This document shows positions 1 through 9,556 of a stretch of DNA of 25,438 nucleotides, piece by piece. The notes beneath the pieces were generated by a model, which ran no database searches, was not told the DNA's origin, and saw only the letters and a list, made by a program, of their open reading frames with translations. The DNA comes from a virus. The stretch is taken from UHGV virus genome UHGV-0213490. One strand, 5' to 3'. The position numbers and the translations under genes were made by a program. How positions within the stretch are numbered: the first letter of the stretch is position 1; every line of letters begins with the position of its first letter.

Positions 1-1020
1 CTACTTACTGACCACAAGCGGCAAATCCAGTGTTGGGGTGATTTTGGTTTTACGATCGTAAATCAACACCTGATTTTCTGTTTTGTGTCCACTGAAAATT
101 TGTTTGTCGCGACTGCTGCCTTCGTAATCTGAAATCCCTTTGGCTTTTATGTCATGGAAGTTGCACCCAAACGGAACGCCGGCTTTTTGCTCGGCTGCAC
201 GTTTAGCCTGATTCCACCAGTTGTTCAGCGTCTTGGCTATTACCTTCCCACCTTTGGTTGTGTTGATCACATACTCGCATGTGCCGGAAGATACATTTCG
301 GGCTAACTGGATCGCCGTACGTAATCGCGGAGACCATTCCTTGATTTGTTTTGTGCCGGTCTTGTTTTGCTCAATGTAAATCCCTTTATCCATAATATCC
401 TGCCATTTCAGCTCGAGTACATCACCGAGCCTTGCCGCACAAAGATAGGATATCTCCATTGCAATACGTAACTGTGGAATTGCTTCTGCATATATTGCAG
501 CATACTGTTCATCGGTGATGTAAACAGTACGGGCTTTAAGTGTGAATTTTCTGACTCCTTTGCATGGATTATTTTTCACATACCCACGCTCATATCCCCA
601 TCCGTATACACGGCTCAGACTTGCCAGTTCATGGTTTGCCTGGGTCTTGCTCTCAAGTCCTCGCTTATCCATGAAAATTCTTACCTGTTCAATTTTTACA
701 TTATCAGCAAGCACTTTTCCGAATACTGCCAACAATGCCCTTTGATGTTGCCGATAATCTTTTTGGGTTCGGGGGGCCAGTTCTGTAAATGTAGGGGAGT
801 CCATAAACATGTGCCATAATTTAGCTACTGTCATTATGTTGTGGAGTTTTGCTTTTTCCAGCTCATAATTTTGCCAGACTTTAGCTACGCTGGTTTCCCG
901 CACTCTTCCGAGCCCTATAGTTCTTGTGCTTCCTTCGGGTTTCCATACGTAACTGTAACCATTCGATCTAACACGCGGTGGTAGAGCATTATCTTTTTTG
1001 TTTTTTCTTGGTCTTCCCAT
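1..1020 (-). CDS. int: Phage tyrosine integrase (lambda Int family)
   Basis: 339-aa ORF at the prophage end; C-terminal HKTENQVLIYDRK resembles the lambda Int catalytic Tyr region; overlaps the xis-like ORF upstream as in int-xis modules. Confidence 0.9.
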   Translation of the reverse strand: MGRPRKNKKDNALPPRVRSNGYSYVWKPEGSTRTIGLGRVRETSVAKVWQNYELEKAKLHNIMTVAKLWHMFMDSPTFTELAPRTQKDYRQHQRALLAVFGKVLADNVKIEQVRIFMDKRGLESKTQANHELASLSRVYGWGYERGYVKNNPCKGVRKFTLKARTVYITDEQYAAIYAEAIPQLRIAMEISYLCAARLGDVLELKWQDIMDKGIYIEQNKTGTKQIKEWSPRLRTAIQLARNVSSGTCEYVINTTKGGKVIAKTLNNWWNQAKRAAEQKAGVPFGCNFHDIKAKGISDYEGSSRDKQIFSGHKTENQVLIYDRKTKITPTLDLPLVVSK

Positions 1021-1240
1021 TGTTCAGCGCCTCAAAATCGGGTTCAGCGGAAACCAGTTCAGGTGCTTTTGGCATCGTAGTCAGTCTGTGTGGAATATCC
1101 CTGCGAAGAACTATTGGTTCGTTTTTAGGACCGATTACAAATGGGATACCGTGCAGCCTTAACTGGTGTTGCTGTTTTGTGTATCGCTCGTATTTCGTGA
1201 TCTCTTGAATCTCTGCTGGCGATAGAGTTAATTCGTACAT
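989..1240 (-). CDS. Excisionase-like small DNA-binding protein
   Basis: 83-aa ORF immediately upstream of int and overlapping it by 32 nt; basic C-terminus; call rests on position, not recognised homology. Confidence 0.5.
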   Translation of the reverse strand: MYELTLSPAEIQEITKYERYTKQQHQLRLHGIPFVIGPKNEPIVLRRDIPHRLTTMPKAPELVSAEPDFEALNNGKTKKKQKR

Positions 1241-1306
1241 ATGGTCACGTGCCTTACAGCATGACCGCCGCCAATATAATTCGGGGACGGCGATCAGGGT
1301 TGAACA

Positions 1307-3565
1307 TTAAAAATCAACCGGATTCGGGATCAGTTTTTGCCAGATTGCTGAAACGTATTTTGCCTGGTGACGGGCGTCATCCAGTGCATTATGGCGCTCA
1401 CCTTCGAATGGGATAGCAGTTCTGGCATCGAAGTCTATGGCTTTCCCCAGCTCAACGATTGTGCGTACATCGCGATCGTTGTAGTAGCGCCACGGGCAGG
1501 GGATACCCTGTCGTTCGTATGAACGACGTAAAATCACGTTGTCGAAGTTGGCTCCATTCCCCCAGACCTGGACAAAAAATTCACCGGAGTTTTCGTCGAT
1601 AAATTCCCGCAATTGCAGTAGTGCATCATCTAACGGAATTTCATCGGTCAGAAGGGCAGATTGCGCCTCGCGTGATTGCTTGAGCCACCATTTTATGGTG
1701 TCACGATCAATGATTCCGCCAGTAGTTTCCAGATCGATGGTCTTGCTAAATTCCGGCCCCATATCTCCGGTTTGCGGATCGAAAAATATTGCACCTATTG
1801 AGATAATCGGGGCATCAGGATTTTTTCCCATGGTTTCGAGGTCGATCATTAGATGGTCACACGTCCTGCTGGTGGATGTGATTTTGTGATGGCTGTTCAC
1901 CTTAACTGAGTGATCTGCCGCCTCGCCAGTTTCATTATCGCTGGCGTGGTCCTGAGCGCTGCCAGCATTCTCCTTGTGTGGATGTTCAGCGCCTTCCATT
2001 TCCTCCGGATCGTTTTCCTGAACTTCAACCTGATTCTCTTCATCGAATGTTTCCTGGTATGTTGCGTCGCCCATCACCGCGCCACAATCAGGGCAGTTGC
2101 CGCAACCGCTCTGACCGCAGGCGGTGCAGACTTTTTCCGGTTCCTGTTGCGCTACTGGTTCAGGCTGGCTGATATTGACTGCCTGCATAATTTTGTTTAC
2201 TTCGTCAGCGGTAACTTTTACCTGATTAACCGGATCTATCTGTGCCTGAGTATCCAGCGATTGCGTGTCCTGGCGATGTTCAGTTGTATCCGGTTCCATT
2301 GTTTCAGCCGTTGCCTGTTCATCTGCCATTGCGTCAGACGGTTGTGATTTTTCCTCATTATTTTTTTCTTCTTCTGTTTCGCGTTCAGCAGCCAGTTCGC
2401 GGTTAACTTCTTCCAGGATATCTTTTTCCGGTGTATGTCGTGCAGCAGTGAGAGTTTCCTCGGTGGGATGCTCGTGATCAGTCTCCGTTAAGTGGGCGTT
2501 GATATACTCCTGAAGGCGTCCCGGGTAGAGATAAAGTTCAGGGTGAGCACTTCGGATAAGTGCAAAAATAGCTGCACGGGAATAATCCCGAATACCAGTG
2601 ATTGCGCGAAGTGCTGCGGACCATTCTTTGAACGGACTTTCTTTCTTCCGGACGACTTCTTTTGCGCGACGATAAACGCTGCCCGGAATTTCATAAATAT
2701 TAAAATCCATCGGAAGTGTGGCCGCTGCAATCTCCACATCCAGCGTATCGAAGGTGTGTACTAAATTCGGATTGCGATCGGTTTTGTTCCCTCCACCGGC
2801 ATTAGCACCGGAAGCCGTGCGGGTGATACGAGAAACACGATTTCCTTTCATCCACTCGTTTGTCAGCAGACCGCGATCGGTGTAGTCAGCGTTCAGGTAT
2901 GCTTCGATGAAAGAAGTCATCACCCACAGTTCTGAATTTACGGGGGCGGGAAAAACACTGCCAGTATCCCGAACCAGTTTGTGGAGATCGCGAATTTCCA
3001 GTGGATCGAGCAGACTGGTTTTATGCGAAATAGCGAGGGCAGTAACAGTCGGCAGTTCTTCAGCCCGTGCAATGTGTAATGCCTGGAGTTCGTCGCGTGA
3101 AACGTGCGTTACCGGTTTTTCGCTGCCGCGTTGAGCAAGCCAGCGAATGGGTAGTTCCTGACCGGAAACCGGCAGGAGCATGTTCTCCTCAATCTCAGTC
3201 ATGTCTTCGCCGTTGACGTTGGTATTGTCAGTGCTGACTGGTTTGTCCTGAACAGAGGGCGAGGGCGCGATAAGTACCATTGTGATACCATCTTCCCCGC
3301 CTTTTTCGTAACGGTTGCAGAATTCGGTATCAAACACGCCTTCCGGAGGAAGGTCATTCACAACGGGTAAATGGACGCGAACAGGTTTTTTAAAATCCTC
3401 TTCGTCAAATCCGACATCGTCCATTGCGACAACACCGCGTGATATTGCAACCGATAATTTTTTTGCTGTGCGCCAGTAAAAACCGCCTTTAATCCCAAGG
3501 CGTTTTCTGACTTTGTCATTTTTGGCTTCGTAATATAGTGCAATTTCTTCTTTATCAGCGCTCAT
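1307..3565 (-). CDS. Large phage protein with C-terminal DnaQ-like (DEDDh) 3'-5' exonuclease domain
   Basis: 752-aa ORF; C-terminus has Exo I (MIDLETMG), Exo II (WGNGANFD) and Exo III ([13 protein letters not shown]) motifs; internal Cys cluster [16 protein letters not shown]; acidic linker. Confidence 0.8.
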   Translation of the reverse strand: MSADKEEIALYYEAKNDKVRKRLGIKGGFYWRTAKKLSVAISRGVVAMDDVGFDEEDFKKPVRVHLPVVNDLPPEGVFDTEFCNRYEKGGEDGITMVLIAPSPSVQDKPVSTDNTNVNGEDMTEIEENMLLPVSGQELPIRWLAQRGSEKPVTHVSRDELQALHIARAEELPTVTALAISHKTSLLDPLEIRDLHKLVRDTGSVFPAPVNSELWVMTSFIEAYLNADYTDRGLLTNEWMKGNRVSRITRTASGANAGGGNKTDRNPNLVHTFDTLDVEIAAATLPMDFNIYEIPGSVYRRAKEVVRKKESPFKEWSAALRAITGIRDYSRAAIFALIRSAHPELYLYPGRLQEYINAHLTETDHEHPTEETLTAARHTPEKDILEEVNRELAAERETEEEKNNEEKSQPSDAMADEQATAETMEPDTTEHRQDTQSLDTQAQIDPVNQVKVTADEVNKIMQAVNISQPEPVAQQEPEKVCTACGQSGCGNCPDCGAVMGDATYQETFDEENQVEVQENDPEEMEGAEHPHKENAGSAQDHASDNETGEAADHSVKVNSHHKITSTSRTCDHLMIDLETMGKNPDAPIISIGAIFFDPQTGDMGPEFSKTIDLETTGGIIDRDTIKWWLKQSREAQSALLTDEIPLDDALLQLREFIDENSGEFFVQVWGNGANFDNVILRRSYERQGIPCPWRYYNDRDVRTIVELGKAIDFDARTAIPFEGERHNALDDARHQAKYVSAIWQKLIPNPVDF

Positions 3566-3642
3566 TGATAAACCTCATAACCATTTTTAGGGTGAACAAG
3601 TCCCTGCCATTGCAGGCATATAAAAATGAAACCGGATATTAA

Positions 3643-3900
3643 TTACGGTGCTGTTTTAAGTCCTGCCGGGACTTCGTTATTATCCATGCGAATAACTTTA
3701 TCGACCGGATAACAGTTACCGGGAATTTTCTGTTCCGCTGCGGCAGCCATGCATTCTTTCATTGAGCTGTATACGCCAGTAACCGTGTCAACCGGTTCGC
3801 CGGAAACAAGAAAAACCGTCAGAACAAGTGCAAATGTGGTATTCATTGCCAGTATCCTTTTTGCATCAGACGTAAACGGGCCAGCATTGAAACAATGCAT
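3643..3900 (-). CDS. Small secreted/membrane-anchored hypothetical protein (start may be the internal Met at 3846)
   Basis: ORF with signal-peptide-like stretch MNTTFALVLTVFLVSG; part of the leftward early operon. Confidence 0.45.
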   Translation of the reverse strand: MHCFNAGPFTSDAKRILAMNTTFALVLTVFLVSGEPVDTVTGVYSSMKECMAAAAEQKIPGNCYPVDKVIRMDNNEVPAGLKTAP

Positions 3901-4190
3901 ATTTGATTTAATAACTCCCGTTCGTGTTTTCTCTTATTAATGGCATCTTCAGTAAATGCAGGGTTACTGATACTGACACCAATTTCAAAACAACCTTCAG
4001 ACGTATTAACGTTTGGTAATAACGTTTCCATTATCGCGTCCTCAACAATGAATTTTGTGATACGGTGCCTGGTGCCTCCAGGTGACGTTAACCAGTTAAC
4101 AATTAACGCCGGATACAGGGAAACCGACCCATGAAACAAATACGGAGTATCGATCACTTTTTTAACTGTTCCGCGTGCGCTTAGCCGCAT
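3843..4190 (-). CDS. Hypothetical early protein
   Basis: 115-aa ORF in the leftward operon; overlaps the neighbouring ORF so the true start is uncertain. Confidence 0.35.
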   Translation of the reverse strand: MRLSARGTVKKVIDTPYLFHGSVSLYPALIVNWLTSPGGTRHRITKFIVEDAIMETLLPNVNTSEGCFEIGVSISNPAFTEDAINKRKHERELLNQICIVSMLARLRLMQKGYWQ

Positions 4191-4422
4191 TCACCGCATC
4201 ACAAAATTCACTTTAAAAAGGGCGGACATCAGCCAGCAATGAAACTGATGCCGCCAAAGGTGCCAATCAACATGAAGTGTTGTAGCGGGGTTGTCACTTA
4301 AGCGTATGGTCAACCTGACAACCCGGTGCACTAATGGGGTAAGGATAACCCCGCCATACTTACCGCCGTACGCTTTCGCGTTATGCCCTGACTTTTCAGG
4401 GATATATCCTTTCAGTAAACTG

Positions 4423-4629
4423 TCAGTGCCGGATTTTCTTCAGTAGCTCTCCCGAAAGTTGAGTAGTTTTAATTGTTGTTTTGAAATAATCACTGCTTTC
4501 ACATTTGAGTGATTTCATGGCAATCCAAATGCGGGCCTCTGTGCCTGCATTGGGCTCCAGTTCATGTAAGCGTTTTGCATCTTCCAGAAGCAAGGCAATA
4601 ACGTGTTTAAGTTCTGTCTCTTCCATCAT
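4423..4629 (-). CDS. Hypothetical early protein
   Basis: 68-aa ORF overlapping the upstream gene by 23 nt (coupled). Confidence 0.4.
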   Translation of the reverse strand: MMEETELKHVIALLLEDAKRLHELEPNAGTEARIWIAMKSLKCESSDYFKTTIKTTQLSGELLKKIRH

Positions 4630-4867
4630 TAATCTCGTTGGCTTGATATTGACGCAGGTGTGCAGCCACTTTGGCTACGTTCAATGATGCTGCCTCTGTA
4701 AGACCGGCAATTTCCTTATCCAGTTCTGACAGGTTTTTGACCTGCAGTTCTCTGGAGTCACAGGCCCATTTCAGATCCTGTACCGCCTTAACTTTCTTGA
4801 TCATCCATTCGTAAATTTCATCATCGGTATAACCTGGCGCGATGATGACGGGTTCTGGTTTCTGCAT
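4607..4867 (-). CDS. Hypothetical early protein (first gene of leftward operon)
   Basis: 86-aa ORF about 190 bp downstream of the OL-like operator cluster. Confidence 0.5.
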   Translation of the reverse strand: MQKPEPVIIAPGYTDDEIYEWMIKKVKAVQDLKWACDSRELQVKNLSELDKEIAGLTEAASLNVAKVAAHLRQYQANEINDGRDRT

Positions 4868-5054
4868 ATTGATTCCTCGCAGTACTGTTTCCCCTTAACG
4901 CCGGGGTGGCGGAACAAAAACCTGCTGCATAGTTAAAGTTGAACCCTGCCGTCATGTTCTTACGCCTCGGGCTGGCTACTTAACCCCTGACCACTGCCTG
5001 GTAACTCGAAGTATTGCCCTGCGTTCTGTGGGGCGGGGTGGGTTGGCATGGAAA

Positions 5055-5121
5055 AACTATAGGTAATGCCTAATTATTTGTCAATAGGCTATGCCTAATA
5101 ATTTAGATGCAACCTAATAAG
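5055..5121. promoter_or_regulatory. OL-like operator cluster with putative leftward promoter
   Basis: aTAGGTaatGCCTAAt (5059-5074) and aTAGGCtatGCCTAAt (5084-5099) share half-sites with the OR palindromes; a third half-site CCTAAT lies near 5115. Confidence 0.55.
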
Positions 5122-5192
5122 TGATGGTATGTGGGAGATGTAGTAGGAGTTAACTAACGGGATCTAGGAGTTTCCCGTCGGACCATATAAGT

Positions 5193-5669
5193 TTAAGTTC
5201 CTGTCTTGGTGATGTTCTGGCTTTTCCGTTTTGATTCTTGATTTTTCAAATAGTTACCTACCTTCATTTCCATTGCGGCAATGTAGGCGCGAACGTCATG
5301 ATCAACCCAACTAGGCTCCGTAGCATTTCCAGATAAGAGGAAAGCTACAATTGCTCTTTTTTCATCAGAGGCGGCTTGATAAAGGCTGTTTATGTCTAAA
5401 AGTTCACTTTTTGTATTTGAAGTGGATGGGGTTGGTATGGGGTATTCGTTAAGCCCCCAATGCTCTGGACCAACCACATCAGAAAAGAAACGCCATAGTT
5501 CTGGAAGTTTATCTTTACTTATCGAACCTTTCTTAATCCAGTCATGGATTGATGGTGGTTGGACTTTGAAATGACGTGCGATCTCCGCCTTTGATTTGAC
5601 GGCTCCTGATGCAATTTTTTTGTTAATGGCCTGCTCTATCGCTCGGCCCAAGTCTTTACCACTAAGCAT
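5193..5669 (-). CDS. racR: Prophage repressor, RacR-like (HTH, no S24 peptidase domain)
   Basis: 158-aa ORF; N-terminal HTH (KSKAEIARHFKVQPPSIHDWIKKG); no LexA-like Ala-Gly/Ser-Lys autocleavage region; divergent from the cro-like gene; matches E. coli Rac RacR from memory. Confidence 0.75.
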   Translation of the reverse strand: MLSGKDLGRAIEQAINKKIASGAVKSKAEIARHFKVQPPSIHDWIKKGSISKDKLPELWRFFSDVVGPEHWGLNEYPIPTPSTSNTKSELLDINSLYQAASDEKRAIVAFLLSGNATEPSWVDHDVRAYIAAMEMKVGNYLKNQESKRKSQNITKTGT

Positions 5670-5694
5670 TGCTTAATAGTCTCCTATGCGCATC

Positions 5695-5766
5695 GCGTTA
5701 GGCAATCCCTATGTTTAGTGCATTAGGCATAGCCTATTGACAATTGCGTTAGGCGAAGCCTAATAT
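5695..5766. promoter_or_regulatory. OR-like tripartite operator with pR/pRM-type divergent promoters
   Basis: Three palindromes about 25 bp apart: TTAGGCaatCCCTAT (5698-5712), TTAGGCataGCCTAT (5723-5737), TTAGGCgaaGCCTAA (5749-5763); TTGACA (5737-5742) and TAATAT (5761-5766) with 18-bp spacer upstream of the cro-like ATG. Confidence 0.65.
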
Positions 5767-5793
5767 CATTGTGTGTTTTTTGGAGTTCATTCG

Positions 5794-6117
5794 ATGAAAA
5801 AAGAGAACTATTCATTCAAACGGGCTTGTGTTGTTGTCGGTGGGCAATCAGCAATGGCTAGGCTTTTAGGTGTATCTCCTCCAAGCGTAAATCAATGGAT
5901 CAAAGGTGTACGTCAGTTGCCTGCTGAGAGATGTCCTGCGATTGAACGAGCAACAAAAGGTGGTGTCCTGTGTGAAGAACTTCGTCCTGATGTTGATTGG
6001 TCATACTTACGACGCCTGTCATGTTATTCGCAGAATATGTCGATGAAGCAACCAAATGACGAAAACGATCATACCCGAAGCATCAAGAGGCAAATGATTC
6101 ATGAAAATCAAACATGA
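5794..6117 (+). CDS. ydaS: Cro/YdaS-like HTH regulator
   Basis: ATG 5794 (MKKENYSFKRACVVVGGQSAMARLLGVSPPSVNQWIKG) with HTH; first rightward gene after the operators; resembles Rac YdaS from memory. Confidence 0.75.
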   Translation: MKKENYSFKRACVVVGGQSAMARLLGVSPPSVNQWIKGVRQLPAERCPAIERATKGGVLCEELRPDVDWSYLRRLSCYSQNMSMKQPNDENDHTRSIKRQMIHENQT

Positions 6118-6526
6118 GCACATCCGCATGGCGATGAATGCCTGGGCGCGTCCGGATGGTGAAAAAGTTCCGGTAGCCGAGATAACCAGGGTTTATTTCG
6201 AGCTGGGCATGACGTTTCCTGAGCTGTACGACGACAGCCATCCGGAAGCCCTGGCCCGCAATACTCAGAAAATTTTCCGCTGGGTAGAGAAAGACACCCC
6301 TGATGCTGTTGAAAAAATTCAGGCGTTGTTACCAGCGATCGAAAAAGCAATGCCGCCTCTGCTGGTGGCCCGAATGCGCAGCCACAGTTCAGCCTTTTTT
6401 CGGGAACTGGTGGAGACGCGGGAACGACTGGTGAGAGACGCTGATGATTTTGTCGCAGTGGCGATCGCTGGTTTCAATCAGATGAATCGTGGTGGCCCGG
6501 CGGGAAATGCCGTGGTCGTTCATTAA
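6101..6526 (+). CDS. ydaT: YdaT-like protein (cII-position regulator or toxin-like)
   Basis: 141-aa ORF overlapping the end of the cro-like gene; RBS AAGAGG 9 nt upstream; position and size match Rac YdaT. Confidence 0.65.
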   Translation: MKIKHEHIRMAMNAWARPDGEKVPVAEITRVYFELGMTFPELYDDSHPEALARNTQKIFRWVEKDTPDAVEKIQALLPAIEKAMPPLLVARMRSHSSAFFRELVETRERLVRDADDFVAVAIAGFNQMNRGGPAGNAVVVH

Positions 6527-6547
6527 GAATAGTACAGGAGAAAATGG

Positions 6548-6841
6548 ATGACATTTACAAATGAAGGTCGAATTGTTTTTGATTTTGAGTACGAAACACC
6601 ATTGCAGAGATTGATTATGTTAAGAATTTTCTGCTCTGGGAGTGGTGATGGTGGGCGCGAAAAGCGTTTTGAAGATCAGGAATTCCGACGTTTTTGTTGT
6701 TGTACGTTTGATGAGTTTGAGCAGGCTATCGCGAAACTTATCGAGATGGGAGTGATTCATAAAATAAGTTATGGATATCAATACGGAAAGCCATCAAGCG
6801 GTTACATCATCAAAGATCCGGGTGAAATTATTCAGTTATGA
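6548..6841 (+). CDS. Hypothetical protein, translationally coupled to the replication initiator
   Basis: 97-aa ORF; its stop overlaps the ATG of the next gene (ATGA at 6838-6841). Confidence 0.5.
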   Translation: MTFTNEGRIVFDFEYETPLQRLIMLRIFCSGSGDGGREKRFEDQEFRRFCCCTFDEFEQAIAKLIEMGVIHKISYGYQYGKPSSGYIIKDPGEIIQL

Positions 6842-7803
6842 GTCTTCTTTTTGCTGAACGTCCGCTGGTTATTAACACGCATCTGGCGATGAAAATTGGC
6901 CTGAACGAAGCCATCGTGTTGCAGCAGCTGCATTACTGGTTGAGAGATACCGGTTCCGGCATGGAATGTGATGGTGTTCGCTGGATTTATAACACAACAG
7001 AACAATGGCTGGAACAGTTCCCGTTCTGGTCAGAGTCAACGTTAAAACGCGCATTTGCAAGTCTGAAAACGCTGGGGCTTTTGCGTTGCGAAAAGCTCAA
7101 CAAATCAAAGCGTGATATGACTAATTTTTACACGATTAATTACGAGAGCGAGCTTTTAGATGGTGGCAAAGTGAGCGAATTCATCAGGTCAAAATGCGCT
7201 GCTCCATCAGGTCAAAATGACACGATGGAAGAGGTCAAAATGAAACGCTCCATTGGTTCAAAACGACCCAATGTCATCGGGTCAAAATGGCCCGATGATC
7301 TTACAGAGAATACAACAGAGATTACTACAGAGAATAAAAATACTTCTCGTCCGGAAGCTTCGCAACCGGACCCGCAGACGGCTGAACAGGATTTTTTAAC
7401 CCGACACTCTGACGCGGTTGTGTTCAGTGCGAAAAAACGCCAGTGGGGCAGCCAGGAAGATTTAGCGTGTGCGCAGTGGATCTGGGGACGAATCGTGAGT
7501 CTTTACGAACAGGCTGCCAGCGATGATGGTGAGATCACGCGACCGAAAGAACCCAACTGGACTGCATGGGCCAATGACGTGCGCACAATGCGGATGCTTG
7601 ATGGCAGAACTCACAGGCAAATTTGCGAAATGTTTGGTCGGGTACAGCGGGATCCCTTTTGGGTAAAAAATATCATGAGTCCGTCAAAGCTTCGTGAAAA
7701 ATGGGACGAACTGGTCATCCGCCTGGGGCGTTCGCCTGTACAGCGTTGTGTGAATCACATTTCTGAACCGGACACCGAAATTCCGCCTGGGTTCAGGGGG
7801 TGA
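6838..7803 (+). CDS. Replication initiation protein (lambda O-like / DnaD-like replisome organiser)
   Basis: 321-aa ORF in the O position; N-terminal winged-helix-like region; contains an internal array of GGTCAAAATG iterons followed by an A/T-rich repeat, as in lambda ori inside O. Confidence 0.7.
   Translation: MSLLFAERPLVINTHLAMKIGLNEAIVLQQLHYWLRDTGSGMECDGVRWIYNTTEQWLEQFPFWSESTLKRAFASLKTLGLLRCEKLNKSKRDMTNFYTINYESELLDGGKVSEFIRSKCAAPSGQNDTMEEVKMKRSIGSKRPNVIGSKWPDDLTENTTEITTENKNTSRPEASQPDPQTAEQDFLTRHSDAVVFSAKKRQWGSQEDLACAQWIWGRIVSLYEQAASDDGEITRPKEPNWTAWANDVRTMRMLDGRTHRQICEMFGRVQRDPFWVKNIMSPSKLREKWDELVIRLGRSPVQRCVNHISEPDTEIPPGFRG
7181..7340. repeat. Candidate origin of replication: iterons plus AT-rich tract inside the O-like gene
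   Basis: Five copies of (C/G)AGGTCAAAATG-like iterons between 7183 and 7290, then TACAGAGAATA direct repeats and an A-rich tract at 7300-7340. Confidence 0.55.
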
Positions 7804-7843
7804 GTGTTTATTTCAGGTCATGAGATAATTTTCAGGAGGAGTT

Positions 7844-8263
7844 GTGGCAAAAGTTTTTACACAGGAAGAGCGAGAAAAAATTAAAGGGCAGGTTGTTGAA
7901 CTTGTACGCCAGAGTGGGCGCGAGACGTTACGGCAACTGGAAGCCAAGACAGGTGCGACAAGATATCTGATGAGCGTTCTCGCAAGAGAGCTGGTTGCCA
8001 GTGGCGATGTATACAACTCTGGTTACGGGTTATTCCCGTCTGAACAGGCTCGTAAGGACTGGCAAAACGCCCGCAAAAAACTCTCGAGAGCAAAGCTGAA
8101 GAAAACATCTGTAGTTGATCCGGACCTTATCTGGTCGTTACCAGACGGAGAAATACGCCGCTACGACAGGCGTCAGAACATAATCTGTCGCGAGTGCCGG
8201 AAAAGCAAGGTTATGCAGCGAGTTTTGATGTTTTACAGGGGTAATAACGGAGCAACGATATGA
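7844..8263 (+). CDS. Hypothetical phage protein
   Basis: 139-aa ORF with GTG start preceded by AGGAGG; basic C-terminal half with CxxC. Confidence 0.5.
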   Translation: MAKVFTQEEREKIKGQVVELVRQSGRETLRQLEAKTGATRYLMSVLARELVASGDVYNSGYGLFPSEQARKDWQNARKKLSRAKLKKTSVVDPDLIWSLPDGEIRRYDRRQNIICRECRKSKVMQRVLMFYRGNNGATI

Positions 8264-8559
8264 GGGTTTATATCGCAGGGCCGATGACCGGGTATAAAAA
8301 TTTCAACCGTGAGGCGTTCCACAAGGCGGAAGAGAAGCTGAAACAGAAAGGGTGCACGGTGTTGAATCCGGCAGTACTTCCTGGTGGGCTGACACAGGCG
8401 CAGTACATGGATATTTGTACTGCGATGCTCCGCTGTGTGGATACGATTTACATGCTGAAAGGCTGGCATCGGTCGGCAGGCGCTAAGGCAGAACTGGCGC
8501 TGGCGGCAAAATTGGGGCATGAGGTTGTATTTCAGGAGGCAACCAGTGAGCAAGATTGA
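8260..8559 (+). CDS. DUF4406-like (nucleoside 2-deoxyribosyltransferase-like) phage protein
   Basis: 99-aa ORF MRVYIAGPMTGYKNFNREAFHKAEEKL; ATGA overlap with the upstream gene. Confidence 0.55.
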   Translation: MRVYIAGPMTGYKNFNREAFHKAEEKLKQKGCTVLNPAVLPGGLTQAQYMDICTAMLRCVDTIYMLKGWHRSAGAKAELALAAKLGHEVVFQEATSEQD

Positions 8560-9148
8560 CTATCAGGCACTGCGTGAGGCAATACAAAACTATCAGTCGA
8601 TGCTGGCGTGGTATGAGGCTATCCCGGATAGCCCAAACGCAGAGGTTGATTGTGATGAAGCTTTGGCTGCGTTTAAGCGTCAAATTCGTCACAGGGAAGT
8701 GGATATTATCGCCGATCTGCTGGATGAATGGGAATCCCAAAACAAGCGTATTGCAGAACTGGAGAAAAGCGAAGAGCAACCCATTAACGAGCGTGACCAT
8801 GCTGAGTCTGCTTTAGATGATATGTACTTTGCAGCAACCGGTAACAGGCCGGAGTGGAGCAACTGGTTCGGCTTTTCAGATGCTGTCGATGCCGTGGTTG
8901 ACAGAATTGCTGATTTAGAAGCTAAACAATGCATTGAAGAGATGAGTAAACAAAGTTGCGAAGCTCGGGAGCGTGATTTGTTTGAATCATGGGTAATGCA
9001 TTCAATTTGTATTTCCAAATCGACGCTTGAAGGATTGCGCACCGAAACTGGATATCGTAACGCGACCTTATCAGGAACAGACTTCAACCGAATGTGGGAA
9101 CAATGGAAATCTATCCGCGCCGCTGGCATTCGCATCAAAGGAGAGTGA
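8546..9148 (+). CDS. Ea22-like family protein
   Basis: GTG start after CAGGAGG; VSKIDYQALREAIQNYQSMLAWYEA resembles Ea22/ead-like prophage proteins from memory. Confidence 0.55.
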   Translation: MSKIDYQALREAIQNYQSMLAWYEAIPDSPNAEVDCDEALAAFKRQIRHREVDIIADLLDEWESQNKRIAELEKSEEQPINERDHAESALDDMYFAATGNRPEWSNWFGFSDAVDAVVDRIADLEAKQCIEEMSKQSCEARERDLFESWVMHSICISKSTLEGLRTETGYRNATLSGTDFNRMWEQWKSIRAAGIRIKGE

Positions 9149-9149
9149 C

Positions 9150-9506
9150 GTGGAAATAAAACCAGAAGATGAGTTAAGTAATATTGTTTTATTTCCGGTA
9201 AAAGAGGATGACCCACGTAATCAGGTTAATTTTCTTTATGAGCCATCGGAAAGACCATACTGCCATCACGCTTCTGTCCGGGTTGACGAAAAAGAGCGTC
9301 AGGTCCGCTGTAAAATCTGCGGTGCAGTTGTGGAGCCGTTTGACTGGATGCTCTCTGTGGCGAAAAGAGAAACCAGACTGGCAGATGATGTAAGGCTATT
9401 GCGCCAGGAGGAACAGGAAAGACGGAAAAATATAGAAAAGTTAATTCAGATTGAGCGTAACGCGAAAGCGCGGATACGCAGGGCGACGAAATCCAGAACT
9501 GAATAA
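9150..9506 (+). CDS. Hypothetical Zn-ribbon protein
   Basis: GTG start 2 nt after the upstream stop with AAGGAGAG RBS; CHH...CKICG motif; basic C-terminus. Confidence 0.5.
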   Translation: MEIKPEDELSNIVLFPVKEDDPRNQVNFLYEPSERPYCHHASVRVDEKERQVRCKICGAVVEPFDWMLSVAKRETRLADDVRLLRQEEQERRKNIEKLIQIERNAKARIRRATKSRTE

Positions 9507-9556
9507 ATAAATTTAGCACTGTAAATAAAATCAAATCCTTAACTGGAGGTATATCT

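Noticed and set aside
1539-2477. Plus-strand ORFs of 116, 145, 64 and 70 aa inside the exonuclease-domain gene
   Set aside because: Antisense shadow ORFs of a long, well-supported minus-strand gene; low-complexity translations.
4386-4401. CCCTGA-cttt-TCAGGG hairpin in the leftward operon, considered as a nut boxB-like site
   Set aside because: No boxA-like sequence nearby and no N-like Arg-rich antiterminator in the window; may be a simple intercistronic structure.
8233-9216. Minus-strand ORFs of 106, 105 and 175 aa opposite the DUF4406/Ea22-like genes
   Set aside because: Antisense to a tightly coupled plus-strand operon; no RBS or recognisable features.
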